A stretch of DNA of 64,000 bases from Nitrospirota bacterium (GTDB taxonomy: Bacteria; Nitrospirota; Thermodesulfovibrionia; Thermodesulfovibrionales; JdFR-86). The notes beneath the pieces were generated by a model that searched no databases, had not been told where the DNA came from, and saw nothing but the letters and a program-made list of their open reading frames with translations. Shown here in pieces: positions 45,823 through 55,900 of this stretch (position 1 is its first letter; each line of letters begins with the position of its first letter). The stretch is from NCBI GenBank assembly GCA_963721805.1, contig CAVRJY010000002.1, forward strand, positions 160,001 through 224,000, given 5' to 3'. Both the position numbers and the translations under genes were made by a program.

Positions 45823-46415
45823 TGAGCGGCCACCGCCTTGTTGAATGAATCCCGCTGCATGTGGCAGAGGCAGAGCGCGAGCGCGTCGGCGCTGTCGGCC
45901 GAGAGCTCGCCCTTATAGTTCAGGAGCTTCTTGACCATCTCGGCGACCTGTTCCTTCTCGGCCCTGCCGTTTCCGGTGACCGCCTTCTTGACCTCGACCG
46001 CGGTGTACTCCGCGATCTTGAGCCCGGCGATCGAGGCGGTGACCAGTATCGCGCCGCGCGCGTGGCCAAGCCCCAGCGCCGCCCTCACGTTATGCGAGAA
46101 GAAGATCTTCTCTATCGCTGCCTCGGTTGGGCGGTACTGCTCGATCACGGACTCGAGTTCCGTGTGCAGCTCGGCCAGCCGTTCGTGCAGAGGCTTCTTG
46201 CCCGCCGTGAGGTCGATCCTGCCCGAGGCCACGTACGTCCCGTTGCCGTCGACGATCCCATACCCGCAGTACCGCGTGCCGGGGTCTATCCCGATGATTC
46301 TGCGGGGGCCGGAGGCCATGCTTCGCGGCCTAGCGGCAGGGGCCGCAGCGGCTGCCTCTGTCTTTTCCTCAGGCTTTTCCTGAGGCTTCTTTGAAAACAT
46401 GTCAAATATGCCCAT
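45819..46415 (-). CDS. ruvC: Crossover junction endonuclease RuvC with an N-terminal extension
   Basis: IIGIDPG, AIE.IF, LGHARG, EY...VKKAVTG.G.A.KEQV, D.ADALA. Confidence 0.95.
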   Translation of the reverse strand: MGIFDMFSKKPQEKPEEKTEAAAAAPAARPRSMASGPRRIIGIDPGTRYCGYGIVDGNGTYVASGRIDLTAGKKPLHERLAELHTELESVIEQYRPTEAAIEKIFFSHNVRAALGLGHARGAILVTASIAGLKIAEYTAVEVKKAVTGNGRAEKEQVAEMVKKLLNYKGELSADSADALALCLCHMQRDSFNKAVAAQ

Positions 46416-46449
46416 AGTGTGAAATTATACCTCAGGGGGGCGGGATTTT

Positions 46450-48078
46450 TCAGTCGGAGCGCTTCGGGCCTAAGATGGAGATGCCCTCGAGGCTGCGCTT
46501 ATCTGCGGGGTCCATCCTGAGGGCCCTCTCGAAATACCCGCGCGCGCGCGCCGGATACCCCAGTTCGAGGAAGACATGCCCGCTCTCGGCCAGGTACTGC
46601 GGGTTCTGGGGGTCGAGGCTCAGCGCTTTGCGGTACTCGGCCTCGGCCTCCTTGAGCCTGCCTGCCTTGTGGTGGAGCTGCCCCAGCGCGAAGTGGAACT
46701 GGTGGACCCCGGGGCTGAAATCTATCGCCTCGTTAAACGCGCGCGCCGCCTCATCGAGGCGTCCGCGGCGGAACGCCTCCCTGCCTTCATCGAATTTCCT
46801 GTTGGCCTTAGAGGCCGGGTCGTGCATGGCCGCGACGCCGGCGAGGCCCTCGCGGTCATATACGCCCCGCAGCGCGTCGTCGTTAAGCGTGTTGTAGGCC
46901 GACGTGATGAATGCGAATATCTCGTTGAGCTTCTCCCTGACGTGCTCGTCCAGCGAGACGTGGCGGTCCGGGTGGAACTCCACGACCTTCGCGTAGAATG
47001 CCCTCTTTATATCGGCCTTCGAGGCGCCCTTGTTGAGGCCCAGCACGCCGTAATAGCCGAGCTCGCGGAGGTTGGAGTGCAGCGCGAGCGCCCGGTCCGC
47101 GAACTCGTCCTCTCCGCCGCCCTCCCGCGGATAATCTATCAGCCCGATGAGCGAGGCCGCATGCAGGACCTTGATCACGCGCTGCTCATCGGCCGGGTGC
47201 GCGGCGAGTATCTCTGCCGCGCTCGAGCGGCCGTTGCAGGCGGTCAGCACCTCGCGAGCCTCCTCCGGGATGCAATTGCAATCCGCCCCCGTAAGCGCGG
47301 GCACGCCGGATGCCTCAGGCCGCATGGATTCTATCTGGCCGGGATCCGTGATGCTCATGACTCCTACGAAGATCAGCTCCGGGGTCGGGATGCCGATCGG
47401 GTTTAACCGGGCCGGGCGCTGAGAGTCCTCGACGAGCACGAACTGCCCCTCCCGGAGCTGGAAGAAGCCGCATATGACCGCCCGTGCGCTCTCGCCGACG
47501 GCCTCGATCACGTCCTCCCGCCTGATGCCTCCCGCCGAGGAAAATATTTCTATAGGCGGCTGCCCGGTGAGCTTCTCGACAGCGGCGGCCTGCCCCATCT
47601 GGGCGGCTGTGATGAGCCCCCGGTTGGCGAGCATCGCCGCCGGCGACTCCCAGGCGCCGTTGGACGTGGCCGCTGTGACCTTCCCCTCGCTCAGGTAGAT
47701 CTTCCTCTGGAGCTTGCCGCTCGTGACATAGAGTATGCCGCTTCGGCCGCTGCGGTGCAGGCCCGCCAGGATGTCGGGGGCCGCGAAGTCGCGCAGCTGG
47801 CCGCTCAGCTGCCCGGTCCTGTCGAGGCCGAGCCGCAGCGCGCCTCCGCGCGCCTTGCGCTTCCATACCACGCGGCCGCTGCAGCGGATGCCCAGCTCCG
47901 CTGACGTGACGCTGACCCTCTCGCCGACCTCCACGCCCGGCGCGCCGCCGTCCAGCTCTGCGCAAAAACCGCCCAGGGAATAATCCACTATCTCGGCCGC
48001 ATGGCGTTCGCCCGCGATCTCGAGTTCTGTAAGGACCTTTCTATTTCTGCGCGTGAAATTTCTCCGGTCGCCGCTCAT
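46450..48078 (-). CDS. PilZ-DUF4388-J domain-TPR protein
   Basis: RRNFTR and DYSLGG (PilZ); G.LRDF...DIL..L...GRSGIL (DUF4388); YYGVLG...FHPD...I..AY.TL (J domain); TPRs. Confidence 0.8.
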   Translation of the reverse strand: MSGDRRNFTRRNRKVLTELEIAGERHAAEIVDYSLGGFCAELDGGAPGVEVGERVSVTSAELGIRCSGRVVWKRKARGGALRLGLDRTGQLSGQLRDFAAPDILAGLHRSGRSGILYVTSGKLQRKIYLSEGKVTAATSNGAWESPAAMLANRGLITAAQMGQAAAVEKLTGQPPIEIFSSAGGIRREDVIEAVGESARAVICGFFQLREGQFVLVEDSQRPARLNPIGIPTPELIFVGVMSITDPGQIESMRPEASGVPALTGADCNCIPEEAREVLTACNGRSSAAEILAAHPADEQRVIKVLHAASLIGLIDYPREGGGEDEFADRALALHSNLRELGYYGVLGLNKGASKADIKRAFYAKVVEFHPDRHVSLDEHVREKLNEIFAFITSAYNTLNDDALRGVYDREGLAGVAAMHDPASKANRKFDEGREAFRRGRLDEAARAFNEAIDFSPGVHQFHFALGQLHHKAGRLKEAEAEYRKALSLDPQNPQYLAESGHVFLELGYPARARGYFERALRMDPADKRSLEGISILGPKRSD

Positions 48079-48159
48079 CGCGATATTATACCCCACCGCC
48101 GCGTGAGGATGAAGCCCATAAAACGGCCCGGCAGTAGGCGAGCCCGGCAAAAATTGGCC

Positions 48160-48189
48160 TTGACAAAACCAAGGACGGTCGTTTAGTGT
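48160..48189 (+). promoter_or_regulatory. Putative sigma70 promoter of hup
   Basis: TTGACA, 18-nt spacer, TAGTGT. Confidence 0.5.
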
Positions 48190-48248
48190 ATTTCTAACTT
48201 AATTCTGCTTGCATCCAACCAAAGCTATACGGAAAGGAGGGGGATAAC

Positions 48249-48521
48249 ATGACAAAGGCTGATTTGATCGAGAAGGTCGCAACGGGCACGGGTCTCAGCA
48301 AGGCCGACGCCGGAAGGGCGCTGGATTCCGCCATCGATGCGGTCAAGGCATCTTTAAAGAAAGGCCAGAAGGTCACGCTGGTAGGTTTCGGCACTTTCTC
48401 GGTATCCAAGAGAAAGGCGCGCAAGGGCCGCAACCCGAGAACCGGCGAAGAGATAAAGATTGCCGCCACGAAGACACCCAAGTTCACCGCGGGTAAGGTT
48501 CTCAAAGACGCGATAAAGTAA
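48249..48521 (+). CDS. hup: HU family DNA-binding protein
   Basis: [37 protein letters not shown]. Confidence 0.97.
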   Translation: MTKADLIEKVATGTGLSKADAGRALDSAIDAVKASLKKGQKVTLVGFGTFSVSKRKARKGRNPRTGEEIKIAATKTPKFTAGKVLKDAIK

Positions 48522-48544
48522 CTGGGTCTTGGCGAAGGAAATTT

Positions 48545-48582
48545 AACGGGGCGGGGAGGGTTCATCTCCCGGCCCCGTTTTC
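48545..48582 (+). terminator. Intrinsic terminator after hup
   Basis: AACGGGGCGGGGAG...CTCCCGGCCCCGTT followed by TT. Confidence 0.7.
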
Positions 48583-48786
48583 ATTCTATCACTCGAAGCC
48601 TGCCGGATAATCTCTGAAGCAAGTTTTGATTTTCCCTGCCCGCCGGCGTTCAAGGAGGCTGTTGCATGCCGTACTGGTGACGATAGTCGCCATGAGGGTT
48701 TACGCACTTTTCTTGGTGACTTCTTTTGTGCGAGCAAAAGAAGTTACTGCTGGGCGCGGGGGCGCAGAGCATCCCGCATCAATCCC

Positions 48787-49995
48787 CTAAAAAACGCTGA
48801 CCTTTCCGTATTCGCCGTCGAAGCCCGCTTCAAGGCTCACCTCGCCGCCCCTCATGCGCCCGATGCCCCCTGCGATCTCGGGGCAGCACGCTGACGCTAT
48901 CTCATCCAGGGGTGCATCAAGAAGGATATGAAACTCGCTGCCCAGCGCCCCAAGCATGTCCATGTATGCGTTCCTGACCCCCTTGGTGTTCACGCCGCGC
49001 CCCATATGCTCGGCGATGATCTCCTCAAGCGGCACTATGTACCTAAATCCGTCGGGCTTCGGCTCCTCGCGGTCGGCCAGCAGTTCCACGCGGTGCAGCA
49101 CGCCCATAGTCAGCCGCCTGCCGCATACGGTGCAGATGCCCTTGAGCGGGATCGTCTCTCTGGGCGTGAGGCTCACGCCGCACTTGCGGTGGCCGTCGTT
49201 GTGGTACTTCCCCTCCTCGGGGAAGAACTCTATCGTGCCGCGGTATCCCTCGCGCGTGCGCAGGGCGCGGATGAACTCGGGGTACGAGCGTCCGCAATCG
49301 AACAGCGTCGCCTCGCGACCGAGCTTCGCCGGGGAGTGCGCATCGGAGTTCGAGACGAGCGTGATCCTGTCGAGCCCGGAGAGCCTGCGGTTCATCGAGG
49401 GGTCCGAGGAAAGCCCGGTCTCTATCGCGTGGATATGGGGCGCGAGGTCCCCGTAGCACTCCTCGAGCGAGTCAAACCCGGAGACCGCCCCGAATACCGA
49501 GAAGTGCGGGGTCCAGGCATGGGCCGGTATGACCTCGATCTCCGGTGATACATCGAGGCATATCTCAAGGAGCCGCCTGGCGTCGAGACCGAGGATCGGA
49601 CGGCCGTCGGAATGTATGTTGCCGATGGCCGCGAGCCTCTTGTTAAGCTTGTGGGCCTCCCTGAAGCCGGGCGCCAGAAGCAGCGAGTGGACCTTGCGGG
49701 TGCGGCCGCCCTTTGAGTATATCGAGCTTATCTCGGCCGTGAGGATGAAGCGCACCTCCGCGCGGCAGCGCTCCGGGACGTCCGCCGTCTCCAGCGGCGG
49801 CTTGAGCTTATATAGCCCCTCCCCGGCCGGCGTGAGCTTTTCCTTGAGCTCCGCGATCCATCCGGGGTGGGTGAAGTCGCCGGTGCCGATGACCTCAATG
49901 CCCTTAAGCTGCGCCCAACGCCATATCGCCTCGGGCCGCATCTCCGGGCTCGTCGCGCGCGAGTATCTGGAATGCACGTGCAGGTCCGCTATCAT
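48787..49995 (-). CDS. Endonuclease Q family / TIGR00375 PHP-domain protein
   Basis: [67 protein letters not shown]. Confidence 0.9.
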   Translation of the reverse strand: MIADLHVHSRYSRATSPEMRPEAIWRWAQLKGIEVIGTGDFTHPGWIAELKEKLTPAGEGLYKLKPPLETADVPERCRAEVRFILTAEISSIYSKGGRTRKVHSLLLAPGFREAHKLNKRLAAIGNIHSDGRPILGLDARRLLEICLDVSPEIEVIPAHAWTPHFSVFGAVSGFDSLEECYGDLAPHIHAIETGLSSDPSMNRRLSGLDRITLVSNSDAHSPAKLGREATLFDCGRSYPEFIRALRTREGYRGTIEFFPEEGKYHNDGHRKCGVSLTPRETIPLKGICTVCGRRLTMGVLHRVELLADREEPKPDGFRYIVPLEEIIAEHMGRGVNTKGVRNAYMDMLGALGSEFHILLDAPLDEIASACCPEIAGGIGRMRGGEVSLEAGFDGEYGKVSVF

Positions 49996-50074
49996 CAGCC
50001 ATTATAGCCGATACGGGCCGCCGCGCTCCTCTATGGTAAAATATTACGTTCGCTATTTAAGGGGGCATGTCAAT

Positions 50075-50659
50075 ATGGAAGATCTCAAGGAAAAGGGCAG
50101 GGCGCTGATGGAGGGCTCGGTGAACAGCCTCCTGGGCGTGCTCGAGCGCGAACGGTACGCCGAGATGCTCGGCGAGGCCGCCTCGGCGATAGCCGGGTGT
50201 TTCAAGGCTGGCGGCAAGCTCCTGATATTCGGCAACGGCGGCTCGGCGGCCGACGCCCAGCACATCGCGGCCGAGTTCGTAGGGCGGTTCAAGCTCGAGC
50301 GCCCCGGCCTGCCTGCCATCGCGCTTACGGCCAACACCTCGGTGCTCACCGCATGGAGCAACGACTACGAGTTCGAGACCGTGTTTTCGCGCCAGGTACA
50401 GGCGCTCGGCATCAAGGGCGACGTGGCGTGGGGGATCTCGACGAGCGGCAACTCCCCGAACGTCGTCGCGGCGCTTAGGAAGGCGCGCGAGCTTGGGCTG
50501 GTAACGGTCGGCCTGAGCGGAAACGGCGGGGGCAGGATGGCATCTCTCTGCGACATAAACCTCACCGTGGCCACCAAGGACACGCCGCGCATACAGGAGG
50601 CCCACCTCGTGGGCTACCACATCATCTGCAAGCTTGTAGAGGACGCTTTATACGGTTAA
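50075..50659 (+). CDS. gmhA: D-sedoheptulose 7-phosphate isomerase
   Basis: [41 protein letters not shown]. Confidence 0.96.
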   Translation: MEDLKEKGRALMEGSVNSLLGVLERERYAEMLGEAASAIAGCFKAGGKLLIFGNGGSAADAQHIAAEFVGRFKLERPGLPAIALTANTSVLTAWSNDYEFETVFSRQVQALGIKGDVAWGISTSGNSPNVVAALRKARELGLVTVGLSGNGGGRMASLCDINLTVATKDTPRIQEAHLVGYHIICKLVEDALYG

Positions 50660-50833
50660 TGCCATTGACCGCGTGGGGCGCGGGGGGCGTCCGCTTTTCG
50701 TGCCCCCCGAAAGCGCGCCCAAATCGTCTTCAGACAAGGCAGGGCGAGAAGACCGCCCGATGGTGTACTGAGACGTACATAGAGGGCGAGTCTTTGAAGC
50801 CCAACGCAGTATCAAGCGATTTGGAGCGCTTTC
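50658..50833 (+). repeat. Palindromic intergenic element family A, copy 5
   Basis: AATGCCATTGAC...GAAAGCGC..CCAAATCG...GTACTGAGACGTAC...CGATTTGG.GCGCTTTC; overlaps the gmhA stop codon. Confidence 0.9.
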
Positions 50834-50843
50834 CACCCATCCC

Positions 50844-51815
50844 CTAATCCAGAACCGTCGATGTCCATTCGCGGTTTGCTATATACCACCTGACGGTCTC
50901 TTCCAACCCGGTGTCGAGGTCGGTCTTTGGCTCCCATCCGAGGATAGCGCGCGCCTTTGTGATGTCGGCCATCGTCTCGGTCATGTCGGCCTTGTGGAAG
51001 GGTCTGTTCTCGATCGTGGCCTTCTTGCCTAAGAGCCGCTCGACGGTGCTTATCAGATAAGATAATGGCTGCGGGTCCTTGCCGCCTCCGAGGTTGATGA
51101 CCTCATACCCAAGCGGCTTGAGCGCCAGCAGCGTGCCCGAGGCGATGTCGTCTATGTAGGTGAAGTCCCTCGTCTGCGAGCCGTCGCCGAGGACCGTAAG
51201 CGGCACCCCGTTGTCGATCCACTTTATGAAACGAAATATGCTCATGTCAGGCCTGCCGGCCGGGCCGTATACCGTGAAGTACCTCAGCACCGATATGTCG
51301 AGCCCGTGAAGATAGTGGTAAGTGTAGGCCATCGCCTCGGCCGCCTTCTTCGTGGCAGCGTAGGGCGAGATCGGGGTGTTTACGGGCAGGTCTTCCTTAA
51401 ACGGCACCGGCTGCCCGGCATAGAGCGAAGAGGTCGAGGCCAGGACCATTTTCTTTACGCCGTGGCGCTTCATCATCTCAAGCAGGTTTAGCGTGCCCGT
51501 CGCGTTCGTGTTCATATAGACGAACGGGTTTTCGATGCTGTAGCGCACCCCGGCGCGCGCCGCGAGGTTGATGACTGCATCGAATTTATGCTCCCTGAAG
51601 ATGCGCTCCATCGTGTCGAGGTGTTCGATGTCCCCGCGCTCAAACGTGAAGGCCGGATTGCCCCTGAGCGCCCCGGCGCGGTGGTCCTTGACCCGCACGT
51701 CGTAATAGTCGTTCATGTTGTCTATGCCCACGACGCGGTCTCCGGATTGCAGCAGCATCTCTGACGTGCGCGCGCCGATGAACCCCGCGGCCCCTGTAAC
51801 CAGTATCGTCCTCAT
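50844..51815 (-). CDS. NAD-dependent nucleotide-sugar epimerase (UDP-glucuronate 4-epimerase-like)
   Basis: TGAAGFIG, LAARAGVRYS, YAATK, FTVYGP.GRPDM, RDFTYIDD. Confidence 0.9.
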   Translation of the reverse strand: MRTILVTGAAGFIGARTSEMLLQSGDRVVGIDNMNDYYDVRVKDHRAGALRGNPAFTFERGDIEHLDTMERIFREHKFDAVINLAARAGVRYSIENPFVYMNTNATGTLNLLEMMKRHGVKKMVLASTSSLYAGQPVPFKEDLPVNTPISPYAATKKAAEAMAYTYHYLHGLDISVLRYFTVYGPAGRPDMSIFRFIKWIDNGVPLTVLGDGSQTRDFTYIDDIASGTLLALKPLGYEVINLGGGKDPQPLSYLISTVERLLGKKATIENRPFHKADMTETMADITKARAILGWEPKTDLDTGLEETVRWYIANREWTSTVLD

Positions 51816-51914
51816 AAGTCCTCCTGTATGATCCGTATATTATAGCACCGCCGGCGCTCGATGGGCCTCCGGGTTGATTTTTCGGGCCCCGATCTGTTGA
51901 AATTCCGGGATATC

Positions 51915-52784
51915 ATGAAATTCAGGTACGAGACAAAAGACCGGATAATCTTCTATGCCGGTTACTTCTTCTACAAGGTCTTCCTCAACTGGTTCGAGGT
52001 CCGGCGGCCGAAGCTCAAGATGTTCCTCTATGAGCTTATGTATTCCGCGAGGAAGGTCTTTGACTACGAAGCCCTCCTGCCCTCACCGTTTGGCGACGAC
52101 ACCGTAGTGACCCGCTTCGGGACGTTTAAGATAAGGCCCCGCACCGTGGACATGTCAAACGTCTCCCCAGCGTTCGAGCGGAGGGACGTAAACTACATGC
52201 TCCGGCTGCTCGGCGCGCTCAGGGCCGAAAACCGCCGCGTGATGTTCCTCGATATCGGGGCCGACATAGGGACGTTCGCTGTAACGGTCGGCAATAGCCT
52301 TAAGGGCTACCGGGGGCTGCGCGTCCATGCGTTTGAGCCCTCGCCAACGAGCTTCAAGATACTGACCGAGAACATCCGCATCAACGGGCTCGAGGCCACC
52401 TCTGCACTCCATAATTTCGCGCTATTTAGCAAGGACGGCGTCGAGATGGAGTTTCAGTTCAACCCCGTGGCGCCGGGCTCAAGCGGCCTTATGCTTCAGG
52501 GCGCGGACGCGGACAAGACCAAAGTCCTCGCGCGGACGCTCGATGCGGTCTTGGGCGCCGAGGCCGCCGGATTCGACGCGATAGTGTTTAAGATCGACGT
52601 CGAGGGCGTCGAGGCCGACGTCCTGGACGGGGCTCGCGGCATACTCGCATCCGGGCGGGACATATATCTGATGGTCGAGGACTTCATCGAGCCCTCGATA
52701 GTGCGGTACCTGGAGGCGCGGGGCGCGCGGTTCCTCTGCAAGCTGACGCCGTACAACAGCTGGTGGCACATCCGCGGGGCGTAA
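51915..52784 (+). CDS. FkbM family methyltransferase
   Basis: FLDIGA.IG, AFEP, LD, KIDVEG.E..VL.G. Confidence 0.88.
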   Translation: MKFRYETKDRIIFYAGYFFYKVFLNWFEVRRPKLKMFLYELMYSARKVFDYEALLPSPFGDDTVVTRFGTFKIRPRTVDMSNVSPAFERRDVNYMLRLLGALRAENRRVMFLDIGADIGTFAVTVGNSLKGYRGLRVHAFEPSPTSFKILTENIRINGLEATSALHNFALFSKDGVEMEFQFNPVAPGSSGLMLQGADADKTKVLARTLDAVLGAEAAGFDAIVFKIDVEGVEADVLDGARGILASGRDIYLMVEDFIEPSIVRYLEARGARFLCKLTPYNSWWHIRGA

Positions 52785-52803
52785 GGGCCGGAGCCCGCGC
52801 GGC

Positions 52804-53022
52804 CTACCTGGATTCCCTGTATACCTCTATCGCGATCTCCGGGCAGACCTCGGCGCACAGCGCGCAGCCGCTGCACTTCTCCGGCGAGACGGACGTCAGG
52901 AAATAAAACCCGGCCTTGTTAAATACGCCGCCGAGGGCGAGCACCCCCGAAGGGCAGGCCTTGATGCAGTGTCCGCAGCCCTTGCACAGCTCCCAGTTTA
53001 TCAATACTGTCCCTTTATTCAT
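52804..53022 (-). CDS. 2x[4Fe-4S] ferredoxin (2-oxoacid oxidoreductase delta-subunit-like)
   Basis: CKGCGHCIKACP and CSGCALCAEVCPE.AI.VY; N..GF motif. Confidence 0.9.
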   Translation of the reverse strand: MNKGTVLINWELCKGCGHCIKACPSGVLALGGVFNKAGFYFLTSVSPEKCSGCALCAEVCPEIAIEVYRESR

Positions 53023-54653
53023 TTGATTATCTCCCTTGCGTGCGACAGCGATGCCGAGGTGACCGCGCCGCCGAGCATGCGAGCTATCTCCTCCTCGCGT
53101 GCGCGGCCCCGCAGCTCGCTCACCGTGACCGAGACCGAGCCGCCCGCCGGGGTCTTCTCGATCCTGTAATGCGCGTCCGCGACCGAGGCTATCTGTGCGA
53201 GGTGCGTGATGCATATCACCTGGTGCGTCGAGGCGAGTTCCCTCAGGCGTTCGGCCACGCTGACCGCCGTAGCTCCGCCGATGCCGGCGTCCACCTCGTC
53301 GAAGACGAGCACCGGGACCTCCGATGCGGCCCTGAGCACGCATTTCAGCGCCAGCATGATGCGCGAGAGCTCTCCGCCCGAGGCCACGCGCGCAAGCGGT
53401 TTTAGCGGCTCGCCCTGGTTGGCCGAGAAATACAGCTCGACCGCGTCCATCCCGCGCGGCGTGGGTGCGGCCTCGCCGATGCGCACCGCGAACCTCGCGC
53501 GCTCCAGCGCAAGCCCCGCCAGTATCGGCTGGATGGCCGTTTCGATCTTCGCGGCGGCCGCCTTCCTGCCCTCCGTGAGTTTGGCGGCGGCAGTCTTTAC
53601 CGCTGTCTCAGCGCGGGCGAGTTCCCCCTCGAGCGCGGCCGCGCTCTCCGAGGCGTGCTCGAGCATCTGTAGCTCCGAGTTTGCCTCCTCCATGTATTTA
53701 AGGACGTCCTCGATCGAGTCTCCGTATTTTTTCTTCAGGCCGCGTATCGCGTCGCGCCGGGCCTCGACCGTCTCGAGCCTTGAGGGGTCAGGCTGGTAGC
53801 GCTCCTTAAGCGAGCGAAGCTCCTGTGCGGCGTCCTCGATCAGGGGCAGCGCCTCCTCGATGGCCTTTCTGATATTCTCGGCAGACGTATCCAGGGCGGC
53901 GATCTCACGGAGCAAAACGGCCGCTGCCGCTACGCGCTCTATGGCCGAGCCGTCAGAGGAGTACAGCCCCTCGTATGCGGCCTCGGCCCGCTCCCTGAGC
54001 TTCTCCGTGTTCGCGAGGATCGCGCGCTCCTCGTCGAGCTCGCGGTCCTCGCCGGGGATGGGCGAGACCGCCGAGATCTCGTCTGCCTGAAACTTGAGCA
54101 GGTCGACCCTCCGCTCCCGCTCGCGCACGTCCTCCCTTAGCGCATCGATCCGCTTCCTGATCGCCTGCACCTCGGCGTATGCCGCGCTGAACGCGTTGCG
54201 CTCGGCATCCAGGCCGCCATATGTGTCGATAATCTGAAGCTGCGTCTCTGGCTCCAGGAGGCTCTGGTGCTCGTGCTGGCTGTGGAAGTCCACGAGGGTC
54301 GAGCCCAGCGCCGAGAGCGACTGCACAGTGACGAGCGAGCCGTTTACGTACGCGCGCGACTTGCCGCCCGCGCTCAATATCCGGCGTATGATGATCCCCT
54401 CGCTGCTATCGATGCCCATGTCCTTGAGCATGGGGTGTCCGGCGATCTCGAACGAGGCCTCCACGGCCGCCTCGTCCCGGCCGGACTTGATCATCTCTGA
54501 GCTGGCCCTCTCGCCAAGCGCGAGGCCGAGCGAGCCGGCGATGATAGACTTCCCGGCCCCGGTCTCTCCGGTAAGCGCGGTGAGGCCCGGCCCGAAGCGA
54601 AGCGCGAGGGCGTCGATTATCGCGAAGTTCCTGACGCGCAGTTCCCTGAGCAT
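53019..54653 (-). CDS. recN: DNA repair protein RecN
   Basis: NFAII, LTGETGAGKS, QHEHQ.L, ASGGELSR, FDEVDAGIGG, ITHL.QIA. Confidence 0.97.
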   Translation of the reverse strand: MLRELRVRNFAIIDALALRFGPGLTALTGETGAGKSIIAGSLGLALGERASSEMIKSGRDEAAVEASFEIAGHPMLKDMGIDSSEGIIIRRILSAGGKSRAYVNGSLVTVQSLSALGSTLVDFHSQHEHQSLLEPETQLQIIDTYGGLDAERNAFSAAYAEVQAIRKRIDALREDVRERERRVDLLKFQADEISAVSPIPGEDRELDEERAILANTEKLRERAEAAYEGLYSSDGSAIERVAAAAVLLREIAALDTSAENIRKAIEEALPLIEDAAQELRSLKERYQPDPSRLETVEARRDAIRGLKKKYGDSIEDVLKYMEEANSELQMLEHASESAAALEGELARAETAVKTAAAKLTEGRKAAAAKIETAIQPILAGLALERARFAVRIGEAAPTPRGMDAVELYFSANQGEPLKPLARVASGGELSRIMLALKCVLRAASEVPVLVFDEVDAGIGGATAVSVAERLRELASTHQVICITHLAQIASVADAHYRIEKTPAGGSVSVTVSELRGRAREEEIARMLGGAVTSASLSHAREIIK

Positions 54654-54656
54654 GCG

Positions 54657-55139
54657 CTATCGCCGGTTAAAGAGCGGGTAGAGTTTGTCGTACGTGGCGA
54701 GCAGGTGCTCGGGGATAACGCGGACCTCGTCCTGCACCGCCATGAAGCTCGAATCCCCGACCCAGCGCGGCACGACGTGCATGTGCAGGTGCTCGCGTAT
54801 CCCCGCCCCCGCGGCCTGCCCGATATTGATCCCGACGTTGAAGCCCTCGGGCCTCAGGGCCTCCTTCAGGATGTCCACCGAGAGCGTCGTCAGCGTCATC
54901 ATCTCGGTCAGGACCTCGACCGGCAGCCCCTCGAAGCTCGATGTGTGGAAGTACGGGACCACCATCAGGTGCCCGCCCGTGTATGGGAAGCGGTTCATGA
55001 TGACGAAGCAGCGCTCGGCGCGGTACAGGATCACGTTGTCGCGGTCCTTATCCTCCTTGGGCAGGTCGCAGAATATGCAGCCGGGGCCCTTCTTGCCGAG
55101 GATGTACTCGATGCGCCACGGGGCCCAGATCGTCTTCAC
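54657..55139 (-). CDS. HIT family hydrolase (Ap4A phosphorylase-like)
   Basis: WAPWR..YI, CIFC, N.FPY..GHLMV.P, G.AAGAG...HLHMHVVPRW.GD. Confidence 0.92.
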   Translation of the reverse strand: MKTIWAPWRIEYILGKKGPGCIFCDLPKEDKDRDNVILYRAERCFVIMNRFPYTGGHLMVVPYFHTSSFEGLPVEVLTEMMTLTTLSVDILKEALRPEGFNVGINIGQAAGAGIREHLHMHVVPRWVGDSSFMAVQDEVRVIPEHLLATYDKLYPLFNRR

Positions 55140-55900
55140 TTCGGCGACCTCCCCATCAGGCTCAGGACCTTCAGGGCGTCCTCCCAGACCCGCGCTTTTT
55201 CCTTGGGGTTTCTTAGCAGGTACGCCGGGTGGAACGTCGGCATAAGCGGTATGCCCTCGAAGTGCTGGAGCGTGCCGCGGAGCCTGCTGATCGGCGTGTT
55301 CGTATTTAGCAGCGCATGTGAGGCCACGCCCCCCAGGGCCATGATCACGGCAGGGGAGATGATGCGCGCCTGCTCGGTGATGAACTGGATGCACGAGGCG
55401 ACCTCGTCGCCCTCCGGCGCGCGGTTTCCGGGCGGGCGGCACTTCACTATGTTGCCGATGTATACCTCTTCGCGCTTAAAACCCATCTTGTCTATCAGCT
55501 TTGAAAGGAGCTGCCCGGCCTCACCGACAAAAGGCCGTCCCTGCTCGTCCTCGTCGCGACCCGGGCCCTCGCCGATGAACATCAGGCGCGCGTTCGGGTC
55601 GCCCTCGCCAAATACGATATTCGTGCGCCCGGCCGCCAGCCGGCAGCGGTGGCAGTCCCCGAGCTTATGGCTGAGTTCCTCAAGCGCGATGGCCTTGGCC
55701 TTAGGGACGTGCCTGCGGTCGGTTTTCATGACGAGCGTCGAGGCCGGGGCCGCGCCCTGAGCCGCAGCGGCTGGCGCGGCTGGCGCCATCGAGGCCATGA
55801 GCCTCAGTCCGTCCATGTCAACGGGCATGCGCTCGATGCCGAGGGCGTCGTAGAACTCAAGCAGCCTTTTAGCCGCGGCCCGGGGCTGAGTGTGTGGCAT
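55136..55900 (-). CDS. Family 4 uracil-DNA glycosylase
   Basis: CHRC.L, VFGEG, GEGPG..ED.QG.PFVG.AG, KCRPP.NR, TFHPAYLLR. Confidence 0.93.
   Translation of the reverse strand: MPHTQPRAAAKRLLEFYDALGIERMPVDMDGLRLMASMAPAAPAAAAQGAAPASTLVMKTDRRHVPKAKAIALEELSHKLGDCHRCRLAAGRTNIVFGEGDPNARLMFIGEGPGRDEDEQGRPFVGEAGQLLSKLIDKMGFKREEVYIGNIVKCRPPGNRAPEGDEVASCIQFITEQARIISPAVIMALGGVASHALLNTNTPISRLRGTLQHFEGIPLMPTFHPAYLLRNPKEKARVWEDALKVLSLMGRSPK

Noticed and set aside
50659..50847. Small ORFs starting MPLT in every family A copy; the variable base in ATGCCNTTGAC is a Pro wobble position
   Set aside because: Reading frames and stop positions diverge between copies after a few codons and there is no RBS; conservation follows base pairing, not protein sequence
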